Source: Sphaerodactylus townsendi (Eukaryota). Taken from it: 64,000 bases of DNA. This document shows positions 37,011 through 49,600 of this stretch, one piece after another. The position numbers and the translations under genes were made by a program. Numbering within the stretch: the stretch's first letter is position 1; each line of letters begins with the position of its first letter. The DNA lies in NCBI RefSeq assembly GCF_021028975.2, contig NC_059429.1, positions 74,214,001 to 74,278,000 of the forward strand, written 5' to 3'. Under the pieces are notes generated by a model that was not told the DNA's origin, ran no database searches, and was given only the letters and a program-made list of their open reading frames with translations.

Positions 37011-37677
37011 CTGCTAGCTGATGGGACCAGATCTTCTGTGCAGGTGGGCCTGCTGGGAAGAACAGTCAGTGGCCAGGTTATTCTTTGAGAAGCAGTTTGC
37101 TCTGTACAGGAGTGAGAGACATGCAGGACAGTCACTGAAAAGTCAATGGCTGGATAAAGCAGGAGTTCTGAGGGAAAATACCTTGCTTAGCCAAAGGTAT
37201 GCAAGGCCAGCCACATTATTCACAATTCTAACAGCAAACAGTGAGAACAAATATGCAGGAAGGAGGGGGACAGGTAAACAGATGCAGACACACTGACATC
37301 TGGTGCTGTTATGCATTATGTACTAGGATCAGTACATAATTCGAGTTTAGGATTCATCCCGAGAAGCAGTTTTTAGAACTGGGGCTATGTTCTTGAAATA
37401 AAAGAAGTAAAGAACACCTCTGAGCATGAGCAGGAATCTTTCCCCCTACCACTGGAAAAGCTCAGTATGGCTGCCATTCACTTAAAATTAGCCTTCAGAA
37501 CAGATGGCCTGGCTCTCAGGTAGGCTCAAGCACCAGTTTCTTTTATTTTAGAAAATAAACATCAACTTGGGCAGGTACCCTGCTGACAGCTTCCCCCTTC
37601 AGTCACGGTTCGTTCATTGTGGCCAAGGACAAAGTGACTGCGGCAGAACAGCAGCAGTTCACACTAGGATCAGCTGA

Positions 37678-37870
37678 GGCCAGTGTGGCAAGGTGGTGGA
37701 CTGTTAAAAAAGGACCGGAGAGCCCCAGGTTCAAATCCCCAATCACCCTTGAAGCTCACTGGGTGACCTTAAGTCAGTTACCATTGAGTCAGTTACCATT
37801 TTTCAGTCTAACCTGTCTCAGCCAGAAGAACAATATATTCTGCCCTGAGCTCCTTGGGAAAAAACTGAGA
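37678..37870 (+). mobile_element. Old Squam3-like SINE
   Basis: GGCCAGTGTGG head, CCCAGGTTCAAATCCC box, GAAGCTCACTGGGTGACCTT body. Confidence 0.65.
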
Positions 37871-37920
37871 TAAAAATACAATAAGATGAGACAGTATCAG
37901 CTTCTAATAAAACAGTATCA

Positions 37921-38145
37921 ACTAGGGTGTTGTGGGGTTTCCGGGTTGTATGGCCGTGTTCCAATAGCATTTTCTCCTGACATTTTGCCTGCATCTGTGG
38001 CTGGGATCTTCTGAAGAGGATCCTCTGAAGATGCCAGCCACAGATGCAGGCGAAACGCCAGGAGAAAATGCTACTGGAACATGGCCATACAACTCGGAAA
38101 CCCCACAACACCCTAGTGATTCCGGCCATGAAAGCCTTGGACAAT
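37921..38145. mobile_element. Palindromic Penelope-like remnant with two inverted hammerhead motifs
   Basis: ~100-bp inverted arms 37921-38117 centred on GAGGATCCTC; TSD AGTATCAACTAG (37914-37925, 38146-38157); plus-strand CCT-CTGAAGA-TGCC...GGC-GAAACGCC-AGG at 38022-38062. Confidence 0.85.
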
Positions 38146-38693
38146 AGTATCAACTAGATTTCTCATTTCTACCCTCTGTTCATGTTCCAAATGAGTTTAT
38201 AATTCACACTTTAAATTCAGCGCTCAGCTTACACATGACTCCTGTCCCATTCCTTCTTCCTATAAGGTTGCTCTGATACTGTTTCAGAAGGCTGCAAGGA
38301 GAGCCAAACTGGATCCATACCAAATCTGTGGGGTGTTTAATGCCATGGGTTATTCAAGGGATAATCATGGCTCCCTGGCTTGATCACTCTATCATGTCTC
38401 TCTGTAGCTGCGTGCCCTGCTCAGGATAGTAGTCTGGTCTCAGCACAGCATTGTTGTCATGACTTTCTCCAAATCCACGCATGTTATAACCCTATGCAGA
38501 TTCTCACTTGGACTGCTAGATGCTTGTCTGCTTTTTTGGTCAGTTATCTCCTTCTAACCATCAGAGTCTCTTATCACACTTCAACAGTTCTAGCTACCTC
38601 TGAATCTACTGTGGAATGTCCAGCTGCATGTCTGGAGTAAGACCTCTCTGGTACAAGGACTGGTATTCTTGCCATGATCAGTATGGAGATTGC

Positions 38694-39688
38694 CAGGGAC
38701 ATAGGTATAGATTTTTTATGGGGTGGGTTCAGGGGGGCACGCCCCCACCCGCACCTGGGGGCATGGCCACACCTCCCCAAGACCCGTGCCCAGCCTCAGT
38801 GCTTATCAAAGCAGCTCTCCGAGGCCAGGGACGGCGGACTCCCCTGCCCCGCCCCGCCCCCACTGGCTGGGCTCCCAGCTGGCAGTCCCTTCTGCCCTCC
38901 CCTCTGGGCAGAGGCATAGCTAGGGAAATTGGAGCCCAGTGCAAAATCTGAGTTTTGCCGGGGGGGGGGGGGGCATGGGTGGCTGCTGGGATGCTGGAAT
39001 CCACCTCCAAACAGCATCACTTTCCATTGTGTTTAAACTAGGGAGCCCAGATTCTCCTTTTAAATCCACCTTAAAGGGAGAATCTGGGGTCCCCAGTTAA
39101 AACAACATTGAAAGTGATGCTGTTTGGAAGTGGATTATCCCCCACCCTGAAACAGCATCACTTTCCATTTTTAAACTGGGGACCTCAGATTCTCCCTTTT
39201 AATTCATGCTGAAGGGGGAGGATTTAAAAGGAGAATCTGGGGAAATGTGGGGGGTGCCTGCTGTTCGGGTGCAATTGTTAAGCTAGACCACCAAAATTTC
39301 AGGGTATCTTTAGGAGATTCTTCTGATGATACCACCATGGTTTGGTGAAGTTTAGTTCAGGGGGTCCAAAGTTATGGACCCTCAAAGGTGTAGCCCCATC
39401 TCCTATTAGCTCCCGTTGGAAACAATGGGGGATGGGGCACCACCTTTGGGAGTCCATAACTTTGGACCCCTGAACCAAACTTCACCAAACCTGGGTGGTA
39501 TCATCAGGAGAGTCTCCCAACAAATCCCTGAAATTTTGGTGCTGCTCGCCTAATAACTGCGTCCCCTGCAGGCCAAAAACTGAAAAAACACTTAAAATAC
39601 AAAAAAAACACAAACAGCGGGCGGAGCTTCGGACATGTAATGTGGGGGTTTAAACCTGGGAAACCCCCCCCCCTTACCTACATCCTTG
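38694..39688 (+). mobile_element. Composite hAT MITE: 'B' termini (CAGGGACATAGG / CCTACATCCTTG) enclosing an 'A'-type left end and shared fold-back modules
   Basis: TSD GAGATTGC/GAGACTAC (6/8); internal CAGAGGCATAGCTAGGG at 38909; body homologous to the 19494, 51723 and 54348 elements. Confidence 0.85.
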
Positions 39689-40039
39689 GAGACTACACAA
39701 CAAAACTGTCACAACAAAACTGTCTATATTCCAAGGAATTATGTGTCTTGAAATCTTCAGGTCCTGGGTGATGGTGCAAAAAGAAACAAAGTGCATCAAG
39801 ATTGCAGGTATGGTCTTGGCCCACGTCTGGATTAGAGGTCTCCTGGGAATACAGTACGCCAACTGGAGTATCATAATGGAAGAAAGGTGGGATATAAACA
39901 TAACCAATAAAAACAATAGCTAGACATTGCTCTGTTGCAAAGGCAGTGATCAAAAAAGCAGCACTGATGGAAACTTCAGGACTATTGAGAAAGCTACAAC
40001 AATTTAAACCAATATTTCTTCCAACAGTCAATTCACACA

Positions 40040-40330
40040 GCTATTTGGCACATGGCCAGACACAGCATGCTCCTGCTAATGGGACGACTGAGTAATTCAT
40101 GATGAGTTGACAATTTTGCAGTCCATTGCAAAGTTTCCTTGAGAAGGTTGAATGCAGCATACAAAGCTTTTATTTGTATGATGTGTTTGAAATGCGTGTT
40201 GAAAGGATAAATGTGGAGATTGTAATGGTGTAGTACAATTGCTTCATCAACCGCCTGGCCCTTAATTCATCACATTTATGGACTCGCTGCTCGACACACT
40301 TCGAGAGATGTGTGGTCACGTTGTAAATAT
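40040..40330. promoter_or_regulatory. Candidate conserved non-coding element
   Basis: Unique sequence with TAATGG/TAATTC/TTTATGG motifs and retained CpGs. Confidence 0.35.
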
Positions 40331-41189
40331 ATAGGTTACATACTAGCTGGATAAGTTTTGAAGAGGATCATATAATTACTTCATCACTTGGAGGCCAACC
40401 AACTCACATTGCAATCCTCAACATGGTTGGTTAGAAGTAGAAGTCTCATCTATTTTAATATTACTAACTTCCATGTAACATTAACTTTACACCATAACTT
40501 GGTCCTAAACCCTCATGAAAGAAAACTGGTTATAGCAGGACATATATGATTATGTATCACATACCAGGCCCACCTTCTTGAATGTAGAGGGAATTGGCCA
40601 TCAGCCCAGATGTGCTACTGTAGCACATGCTCTTGTACTTGCTCTTGCACTTGCCATCCTCATGGTGAGGTTTTAAACAACCACTGGAAGAGGACTCAGG
40701 GAAGGAGCAGAAGAATGGATCACATGGACATGCTCACTAAGTCCTGGGGTGTGCACAAAGAGGACACAATCTCCCTGCAAGACTGCAACATATCTTTGGA
40801 ATAGAGAGAAAAAGCATTATCCTCTTCCCACAAGCCTGTTTTGAAAGAAGAACATGTTCTACTATGAGAAGGGTTCAGTTCCTTGAGATCTCAAGAAGAG
40901 GCTTCTCTTAGCTATAGGGAGGCACCAATCCTCCAGGGCCAAAGCAAGAAATAAGAGGATTACAGCAGAGCAGCTGAACTCCATACCTAGCTTTAGCACC
41001 CGCAACCCTTGAAATAAACTTTACAGATGCCAACAATTAACCCCAGTGGACCACCACAAAGTATGACGCTGCAACCACTGAAGACAGACACACTGACTCA
41101 AATGTTTATGGTTGAGTTACCAGTTACACTAACCACAGTACTATTTTCTTAGCCATACATAAAAGCTCCCCTCCCCCGCACTTTCCTGC

Positions 41190-41340
41190 TGTGATATTAA
41201 AAAGCAACCCGCTGCTGAGAATACATTAGCAACTCGCAGCAGATTCTTCTTTGCAATTATAATTACAAAAATAGAGGGACAATAACTATTAATATTTTAT
41301 TGCAGTATTTAATGAGCTAAAGCAGATCATCTCCTACTCC
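41190..41340. promoter_or_regulatory. Candidate conserved non-coding element
   Basis: Cluster of ATTA/TAAT cores (CAATTATAATTA, TATTAATATTTTATTG, TTTAATGAG). Confidence 0.3.
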
Positions 41341-41574
41341 ACCAAAATGGCACACTTTGTCATTCTCCTGTCCGCACCATCCTCCTCCCAGGCTCCACTT
41401 TCTGATAAGTCTTAAACACCCAACTGTTTTTGAGGCAAGATGTGTATTCTTAAAACTGGAAATGACTTTCCTCATTTTTAGGGCTCCCCTCCCTGACTTT
41501 TATATTCCTTTAATTCTCCAAATTAGACCCCTAGCTCTTTGAGACCCACATTCAAATGGAGAATCTCGTTTCTA

Positions 41575-41680
41575 ACAAGCAGATTTGAGTCCAGTAGCAT
41601 CTTAGAGACCACCAAGGTTTTCCAGGTATGAGATTTCAAGCTCTTCTACTGTAGCTCAACATGGCTACCCTCTGAAACTA
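41575..41680. mobile_element. Penelope-like terminal remnant
   Basis: GATTTGAGTCCAGTAGCATCTTAGAGACC...TCTTCTACTGTAG...ACATGGCTACCCTCTGAAAC, related to the 28024 piece. Confidence 0.55.
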
Positions 41681-42495
41681 TCTTGTCTGTAACAGAAAAT
41701 TAAAAGATGGGTGAGTATACCAGTATGACCACTGGGACTCAAAGAAAGACAGCTGATTATTCACAGGCACATTTTTTTTAAAAAAGGCATATACTAAATT
41801 ATGGCACATATCCTTTGTGGAAACTCACAGAGAACCTTGCCAGAACCCTAGAGATGGAGAAACTGGAAGAGTCAAGTGGGAAGTGGTGGCAGTCAGAACT
41901 ATCTTCAGCTAGTGCCCAAGAGCTGAAGGGAGGCCTATTACCAAATAACAGGTTACACATAAGTAAAAGCCTGCAAAGGAATAGAGGTTTTCACATGAAC
42001 CAGGAAAAGGAATCATGGCTTTGAAGCTACAGATAAAACCAAAGGAAGAGCGAGGCAAACGAAGACGCTTAGTAGCTCCCTCTAGGGAACCAGAACCCCA
42101 AGCAATGAAAGCACTAGGTTCAAGTGGAAGTACGTACAAGTAATCCCCTTCCATTTCTTTAAGACCAAAGGGGCTTGCAGCTTGCTGCTTCCTCATACCT
42201 TTCATTAAAAGAACATTCTCATTTGACTTGTCCCAGACTCCACAGTAAGCCAAGGCCTCAAGTTTGAGCTCCATTAGCACTTGAGCTGCTCAGTCTGTCA
42301 CTGTGAACCTTCCCAAATATAATGAACATAACAAATACCAATATGGACCCCAGCCTTTTTTTAGAATTAAATGCAAATTTGGCACTGCTTTGGAAATGGA
42401 TTATTTGGAATGTAAATATAATTAATGAAATAACAACATTAGAAGAACTCTTACAGAAGGATGAGAGTCTAGAACTGATAAAACTTACAAGCACA

Positions 42496-42644
42496 CAGGG
42501 ACGTAGGTAAGGGTTTTTTTTTTCTCGGGTTCAAACCCCTCCCATTACATGTCTGACTTGCTTGAAACAATGCATGGAATGGAACAGCCGGAAAGCCCTC
42601 AGTCACCGAACCCACCCCATAAAAAATCTATACCTATGTCACTG
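42496..42644 (-). mobile_element. Minimal 149-bp hAT MITE with 'B' termini only
   Basis: CAGGGACGTAGGTA...TACCTATGTCACTG; perfect TSD CAAGCACA; its ends match those of the 38694 and 54348 composites in reverse orientation. Confidence 0.9.
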
Positions 42645-43429
42645 CAAGCACACAAATGAATCGCATCAATTGGTGAAAATTGAGGTTGCTATACCTTCAA
42701 AAGTCAATACCTCTAACCCAATCAAAAATAGTGGCTTTAAACATTGTAGGATTTAAAAAGTCAACAAATCTTTTCACTTGCTTTTTGCTTATGAGCTTTT
42801 AACAGTCATATTCCCCAGCTTTTTGACTGCAACAATGACTGTAGAATTAGGGAACTTAAAGATGGGAATTTCTCATAATCCCATGATTCTTACCTCTAGA
42901 TTTGAAGCAAAGTATCAAGCACTGTAGATCCCAGTTCAAACCAAACTGGTTGGGCATCAAGTCAGAGCCAATTTCTTATTTTGTGCATGCACTAATGTTA
43001 TGACAAAAAAAAGGTGATAAAACAAACATGGATGACGGTTCCCATTTCTGTGCCATGACCACATAATTCAGTGCCTGCTTACCACTTTGGCATGTGTTTT
43101 CCATGAGGTTAGTGAAAGCACAGAACATGTAAACTACTTTAGAGTGGCATAACTGAGTTTGGGATTGTGCAAATACCCTGTGAAACAAGTCTGGGAAGGA
43201 GTACTTTGCACAACAGGTGCTGGCACAAGATACACAAGAAACCTATAATGCTCTGTTTCTATGGATTGGTCTGCCATTTTTATTTGGCAAAGAGCATCCT
43301 GGATTCATTCTCATCAGGATTTAAGGAACAAGGTTTGGGCATTTGTGGCACTTAGACAAGCCAGGTGGCCAGGCTAAGTGGAAGTAGAGTGGGGGTGGGG
43401 ATGTTGATGGAAATAAATAATCACTCCAG

Positions 43430-43770
43430 CAGCCTCCAAGAGCGGCAGGGAAAACTTTAATGTGCTGACAGAGCTGCATTTTTTACCTTTAGTCAATACC
43501 AAGAAGGCCCCTAGACTATGATTCTAAACATCTGGATTCCATCAATCTGTGATCCATCATCGCCTATCGGCATTCGACCACTGCCTGGACGGCACAACGC
43601 TGCTTGTTTTATTAATATGTCAAATACATTATCCATGTAATACACTTGTCTTTCTATATCCCCTCCCACACACATACTGCTTCCCTGCTGCTTCCGTGCA
43701 GCATATTTTGAATGTATAATAGATCAGTTTGCATTACATGTCTGAATGTCACAATTTACCAAGTTTAATA
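43430..43770. promoter_or_regulatory. Candidate CNE with MEIS and PBX-HOX-like sites
   Basis: TGACAG ~43466; minus-strand AGATTGATGG (43539-43548) and TGATGGATC (43551-43559); TTTATTAAT. Confidence 0.45.
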
Positions 43771-44859
43771 GATTTTAGTAAGGAAAGAAGGGAAAGGAAA
43801 GAAGCCTCCATGTCATGTGTGTTTAGTGAAGAAATGTCTTAATCACTTCATTTATTTCCCCCTTTGTTACAGGAAACCAGGGAGTGCAGGACATATGGGA
43901 ATTTCCAACTGCATGCACATCCTGACTCCTCCTCCTCCTCCTCCAGTTTTCTTGTGACTGTTGTCTCCTCATGTCCTAGGGTGGCTGGCAACCAATGCCT
44001 TGTACTGTATTTTCCAACTGGCAACCAACAGAGGGTGCTGAAATGACCCAGATGTTCCTCAAAAGCTCAGAACATACTTCTTGCAGCAACACAAAGCAGG
44101 AACAGTAATACAGGCCAATCTTTCAATAGGTAAAGAAGCTGTGACATTATCAAGGCTGAAATCTCCTGAAAGGGATACTTGCTAGATCTGCCGTTTATTT
44201 TATGTTACATTTATGTACTTCATATGGGTGCTATCACTCCGGTCATAGGGAGCACCTCTAGAGTGCTGGAGACTCCAAGAAAATCAGGGTGAGGCCTTGC
44301 AGTCTCTAGAAATTTGGAAAAGTCCAAAATTAAGCAGAACCTGTGACAACCGCCCCCCTCTCAAAATTATTTGGCAGCCTTGAATCTAAGTGAGATGCAA
44401 GTACTGGGAATGAAAAAAGGACAGGACTCCCTGTGTAAACATTGTGCTTTCTTCCAGGAAACATACTTGACACATGCTGGAAATGGAGAGCTGGCAAGTG
44501 GTATCGAGGTTCCACACTCCAGTCTGAAGACATGAGGCACTTAGGACCTCAAGACAGCCCAGGAAATAAAGCAGATGAGTATGAACATGATTAAGGCTCT
44601 GCAGCATTTTGTCCATATCTGGAACTGCACATGGTTCCTGATTTCTATTGTTAAAGTTCCATTTTGAGTTGAGATCCTTTCTGGCAACAGTATTTTCACA
44701 GATATTTTCAGTGAGGTCTTTTGCCATCTAAACAATGTCATGGGCATTTCAACTAACCTATATACAAAGTCCAAACTAGATGTGAAGCTGGAGACGTGAT
44801 TTGGCCTTAAGGCAGATCCTAGTTACCAGTATTATGCTTTAGGAGTTTTGCAAACTTAT

Positions 44860-44945
44860 AGGGAAATCCCACCAATTTCTGCTGGTCTTTAAGGTGCCAA
44901 AAGACTCCTGTAAACAAACTAACATGCCTGTCCCTCTGGAAGAAC
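44860..44945. mobile_element. Penelope-like terminal remnant
   Basis: GGTCTTTAAGGTGCCAAAAGACTC...ACTAACATG...CCCTCTGGAA. Confidence 0.5.
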
Positions 44946-45759
44946 TAGGTATATTTATATGCCTTGGGTATCCATATGAATCTATCATTTCATGCATCTG
45001 GTAAAGTAAATCACTGCCTAGTTCTAGTCTTCTTTTTCTACTCTGAACAATAATCAGGATAGGTAATGGACGTGAGGTACTTCTTAATCTGACAGATTGT
45101 TTTGTTTGCTTATGGCTGCAAAGTAGTATTCGCACTAGGTTACATTAGTGACCCGTGTCTTTTACACTGAAACCTACGCTTTCATCTTTTTGTTCCTTGC
45201 TGTGATTGCCTCCCTCTCCTGCTCTGTGCTCTTCCTGAGGAAGTGATGTCATGTTTCCTTAATGGGCAACAGTCACGTCGGCTTAATAACAGTCCCAGAA
45301 ACAACTGCACATTTACTCTCCAGCTTGCTTACTTGGCACAATGAGCCCATTCCTTTTCCAAGCCTTAATTTGATTTTGACATATTGGCTTAAGATTAAAG
45401 AGATCGTACTTAAAAAATACCCAGCCCAAACACATACCCACATCCCCTCCTCCTTTGTCATTCCTTTTGGGTCTTGCAGAAAAGTGCTAACACCATAATA
45501 TTTTAAGGAGAGAAAATCCAAGTGTGCTTTACCCCCTGCTGGCTCTTATGCTGGGCTTATAAAAATTAAGTGGGAACTTACACAGCTGTGGGCTATAAAC
45601 TCTTTGTTGCCAGCTCTACCAAGCCTGGAGTTTACCTGCCTGGAGGAAAAAAGTATACATAGAGAAAAGCAAAACCTCAGTTCGGGGAGTCTGATGTGAC
45701 TTCCAGGTGTGGGAATGGCCACATTTAGCATAACGTAGGAGTGCCCAGTGAGGCAAGTT

Positions 45760-45960
45760 CCTAGCAAACGGCATATATATTGGGGTGACTATCTCTGAGC
45801 AAGAGAAGGAGGCGGCGAGGAGGCAATATGACAGAGTACAATGAAGCAGTAAGAGCCCTCCCAGCTGAATATCAATTAGCATCAATTACTGACTTCATTT
45901 AATTGTCGTAGAAGATGAATTTGTCATTTTTAGTCTTGAATTAATGGGAGACCTTCAACT
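45760..45960. promoter_or_regulatory. Candidate conserved non-coding element
   Basis: TGACAG ~45828; repeated ATCAATTA, TTTAATTG, GAATTAATGG. Confidence 0.4.
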
Positions 45961-46754
45961 TTTCCTTGGCAGCAACTCGCACTTCCTGGCTTTGCTCACT
46001 GTGAATGGGGGGAAACAGTGAAACAGAGATTGGAAAGAGAGATCTAGTCCCTTTTTCAATCCTGGGTGCACTTTGCCTAGAATTGGACAACATAGAGACA
46101 ATGTATTATCCAATGTTCTCCAGTAGGGGACACTGCAAAGAGAACATGAGCACAGGTTCAATACAAATATTGTTCCCTGTTATTTCCAGCAACAGCCTCT
46201 CCTAAATGAGGGTACTGGAAAACCAGAAAGGAGTTTGCATATTCTGTCCCAAAGTAGAGAACAGAAATTCTTTATAAAGCATATTTAATTTGCAAATTGC
46301 TTTATTTCATTTCTCCTCCCTGCTCAGTATTTGTTCACATTTACAGAAGTGAAGTTGAAGTTGAGAGAGCTGACCAGTGTAACTAAATGAGCCCAAAAAA
46401 GAAGTAGCACCTGCATACATGCACCTGGATTTAAAGCAGACTTTGTCCAGCACTGAAACACAATAGCTCTGAAATCTGTGCTGCAGGGGAGGCTCAAAGC
46501 TTGGGAGAAAAATCAGTGTGCACATACCACTTTCTCAATAGTGTGCCTGAACAGTCCTAACACCAGTAATTCAATGGAGACTTCCTACTACACAGCCTGA
46601 GTTATTTCTTAGACTGAAGTTACAAAGCAAAAAGCAGAAACCAAGAAGTACCAATATTTTGGCCTTAAAAGTTCAGGAGCGCCACTTTAAAGCCCATGTT
46701 CTGTATTTTGATTTCTTATTTTCTTTTCATCCTCAGCCTCCCTACCTTAGTTCT

Positions 46755-47340
46755 CAGGCCAGAAATTAATTTTATAGCTGTGAAGTGTTTACATTTTTTC
46801 CAGCAAACAGGGAATGGTAAACAATAAATGCTCAGCAGCAAAATTGAATTTATAACTGCATTATGGTGCCAGATAACGCCCTAAAATAACAGCGCGATAA
46901 GGAAATTCGATTTGATTGCCTCTGCACATCAGCGCGGGCCCATCTGCAGCTGGGGCCTCCCTGTAATAATTTTCAATTGGATTTGTAAACCTTATTTGTC
47001 CTTAAATATTTCTGTCATTTTTCATTGCTGGAGACAAATCCTTGAGCATACAACAGTAGACGGACTGCTCTTTAGGAGAGATTTGTGTGTGTAGGTGTAT
47101 GCGTGTGTCTATGTGACTGGGAAAAGGGTGGGGAAAAGCTCTTGGTGAGCAGCAGTGGATGGTGCGGGGGGGGGGGATGAATTTGGAGCAGGCGCTGACA
47201 GCCATACATCCAATCAATCACATTTCTGACAGGGAAGAATCACAGACCAGAAATTGAGTTTGACTCACATGGGACGACTGAACAAATTAATAGACCATTA
47301 GCCAAGCGGTGACCTGAGGAATGATGGGCGGGTGACTCTC
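46755..47340. promoter_or_regulatory. Candidate CNE cluster (FOX, GATA, MEIS, PBX-HOX)
   Basis: TGTTTAC ~46787, GTAAACA ~46817, AGATAA/GATAAG, TGACAG 47196 and 47227 flanking TGATTGATTG (minus, 47211-47220). Confidence 0.55.
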
Positions 47341-47843
47341 CATAAGGGTAGAGCTATAGTTTTAATATGCCCAACCCCTCAATTCCAACTAGATTCCAGC
47401 ACTTAACCAGGAATGTGCTCCCTGCATGTTTTAGTGGGCCTAATGGTGCCGGATAGGCCCAGAGCACAGAAGGCAATCTTTCCATTTAGCACCCTTTTCA
47501 GAACACAAATCCACACAAAACAAGCAGGCCAATAAGGATGCCTAACCTTTGGTTACTACCTATCTAGTATTTCCTCTTGAGTAAGTAACATTCTCATAAC
47601 TATCATCCAATGCTGCAACATGGTTTGTGATAGGAACATCAAACATTATCTTATTCTTAGGTATATTCCCTACTATAAAATAGTCAGATATTTTTGTCTG
47701 TTTATGGCTGGTGAACAATCAGCATAATTTCTTTCTTTATTGTTATCTTCACTGTCATTCGTTCTCCTCCTTTTACAACCGCCCATTGCAGTAGTTACAA
47801 AAACTAAAGATATTTGAAGTTGTTGTATTTCTTTAGGTTAAGA

Positions 47844-48523
47844 CAGGTCGGGAACCCGCGGCTCCTGAGCCGCAAACGGCTCTTTGCCGCTTGTGGTGCG
47901 GCTCCCGGCGTGGCTGCCCCTTTCTGCAGGGGAGAGGAGAGAAAAGCGGCGCCACTGCTGCGCGCTCCCCATTCCAACAGGGAGCGCGTGGGATTCCCTC
48001 CACGGTGCCCAGCTCAGGCCGGGCCACTGTGGGGAGCGCGTGGGATCCCCTCCCTGCAGGGAGAAAAGCGGCGCCCAGCTCAGGCCGGGTCGCTGCTGCT
48101 CGCTTCCCTGCAGGGGAGGGGAGAGAAAAGCGGTGCCCAGCTCAGGCTGGGTCGCTGCTGCGCGCTCCCCTGCAGGGGAGGGGAGAGAAAAGCGGTGCCC
48201 AGCTCAGGCTGGGTCGCTGCTGCGCGCTCCCCTGCAGGGGAGGGGAGAGAAAAGCGGTGCCGGCTCCGCCAGGCTGCTGCTGCGTGCTCCCCGTTTGAAC
48301 GGGGAGCGCATAGGTTGGAGGGGAGAGAAAAGTGATGCTGGCTCATGGATTCTTCAAGCAACACACTATATTTGTTTTGTACAAAGCGTAAAGGTAAAAA
48401 AACAAAATAAGCACTGTTATCTTCATTTTAAATGTCAACAAGTATTTGCGGCTCCATGTGTTTTCTTTCCCGTGGAAAATGGGTCCAAATGGCTCTTTGG
48501 ATGTCAAAGGTTCCCGACCCCTG
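47844..48523 (+). mobile_element. hAT (Charlie-like) MITE carrying a CpG-rich 62-bp minisatellite
   Basis: CAGGTCGGGAACC / GGTTCCCGACCCCTG; perfect TSD GGTTAAGA; repeat units at 48108, 48170, 48232 plus variants from ~47920. Confidence 0.9.
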
Positions 48524-48939
48524 GGTTAAGATATAGTTGCCTTCCTTGGCTTGTTAGCTAGACTGATAATAATATGTTAAGCAGCAGCAACTCCAACTCA
48601 GTCAAAACAGCTTCTACAGAGTCCTTCTCACACTTAGAAGTCCACTATATTAACTGTATTTGATAGAATACATCCAAAGCAGAGGATATTCCAACTTTAA
48701 AAAGATAAAAACATGGAGGAGTAAAAGAGTAAACTGGCTCATGCTCATCACTAGAACTGGAACCCCTCCTACCGACAAGGATGTATAGCAACCTTATTGG
48801 ATAACAGCCCTAGTTACCCATCCTAATAAGGAGCCACTTCCTGTCTCTGAACACTTCCTGTATCTGACAGTCTAGTTTTTATTTATTTATTTAAATATGT
48901 ATGTCCTGCCTTTCCTTGCCAGAAAGAAAATTTACTATA

Positions 48940-49600
48940 TTGTATATGTGACATGCTCTCCAGTCACTTCCAACTTACGGCAATCCTATTAATTAATGAT
49001 CTTTGCTCAGGTCTTGCAGAATGAAGGCCATAGCTTCCTTCACCGAGTCATGTCATCTCATGCTGAGTTTTTCTCTTTTCCTACTACCTTCCTTCTTCTT
49101 TTCCTAGTATTATTATGTTTTCCAGTAAGTCAAGTCTTTTCATAATGTGACCAAAGAACAAAAGCACAATAGCCTCAGTTTACTCATTTTAACTTCTAGG
49201 GGCAGTTCAGACCTGGTCAAGAACAGTCTATGGTATCAGTAAAACTCTCATCCAACATCACATTTCAAATAAATAAACTTTTCTTCTAGAAATTGATTTC
49301 TTCATCTTACATCAATCTTATTCTAGGTCTTTTCTGTAAATGCTTTGGTCAAAGACCGTAAATAAATCTTACTTACTAGGTTTTTTCCGCACAAGTTGTT
49401 TATAATAATTTTTGCTGCCAAATGCTATGTGTTTTTTCCCATTGTTCCAGAAACATTCCTCCTTTATTTTTCCACAGTTGTTTTCCTGAGTACTATTACT
49501 GCAATGTTTTTTCCTATCCATTTGCGAGCCTGTTTCCCTGAAGCATGTGATCATGTTGAAGTGACCTTTATTTCTCCACTCCAAACATCTGGCCCTTATC
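48940..49600 (-). mobile_element. Old RTE-clade LINE 3' fragment
   Basis: Reverse-strand RTE-like C-terminus and 3' UTR (GGTCACATTATGAAAAGAC..., GGAAGGTAGTAGGAAAAGAG, AGTTGGAAGTGACTGGA). Boundaries approximate. Confidence 0.55.

Noticed and set aside
38230-39900. Possible decayed Gypsy pol fragments flanking the composite MITE
   Set aside because: Similarity too faint to support without a search.
47814-48561. Overlapping 135-225 aa ORFs and a CpG-island-like promoter
   Set aside because: Explained by a GC-rich minisatellite within a TSD-flanked MITE.
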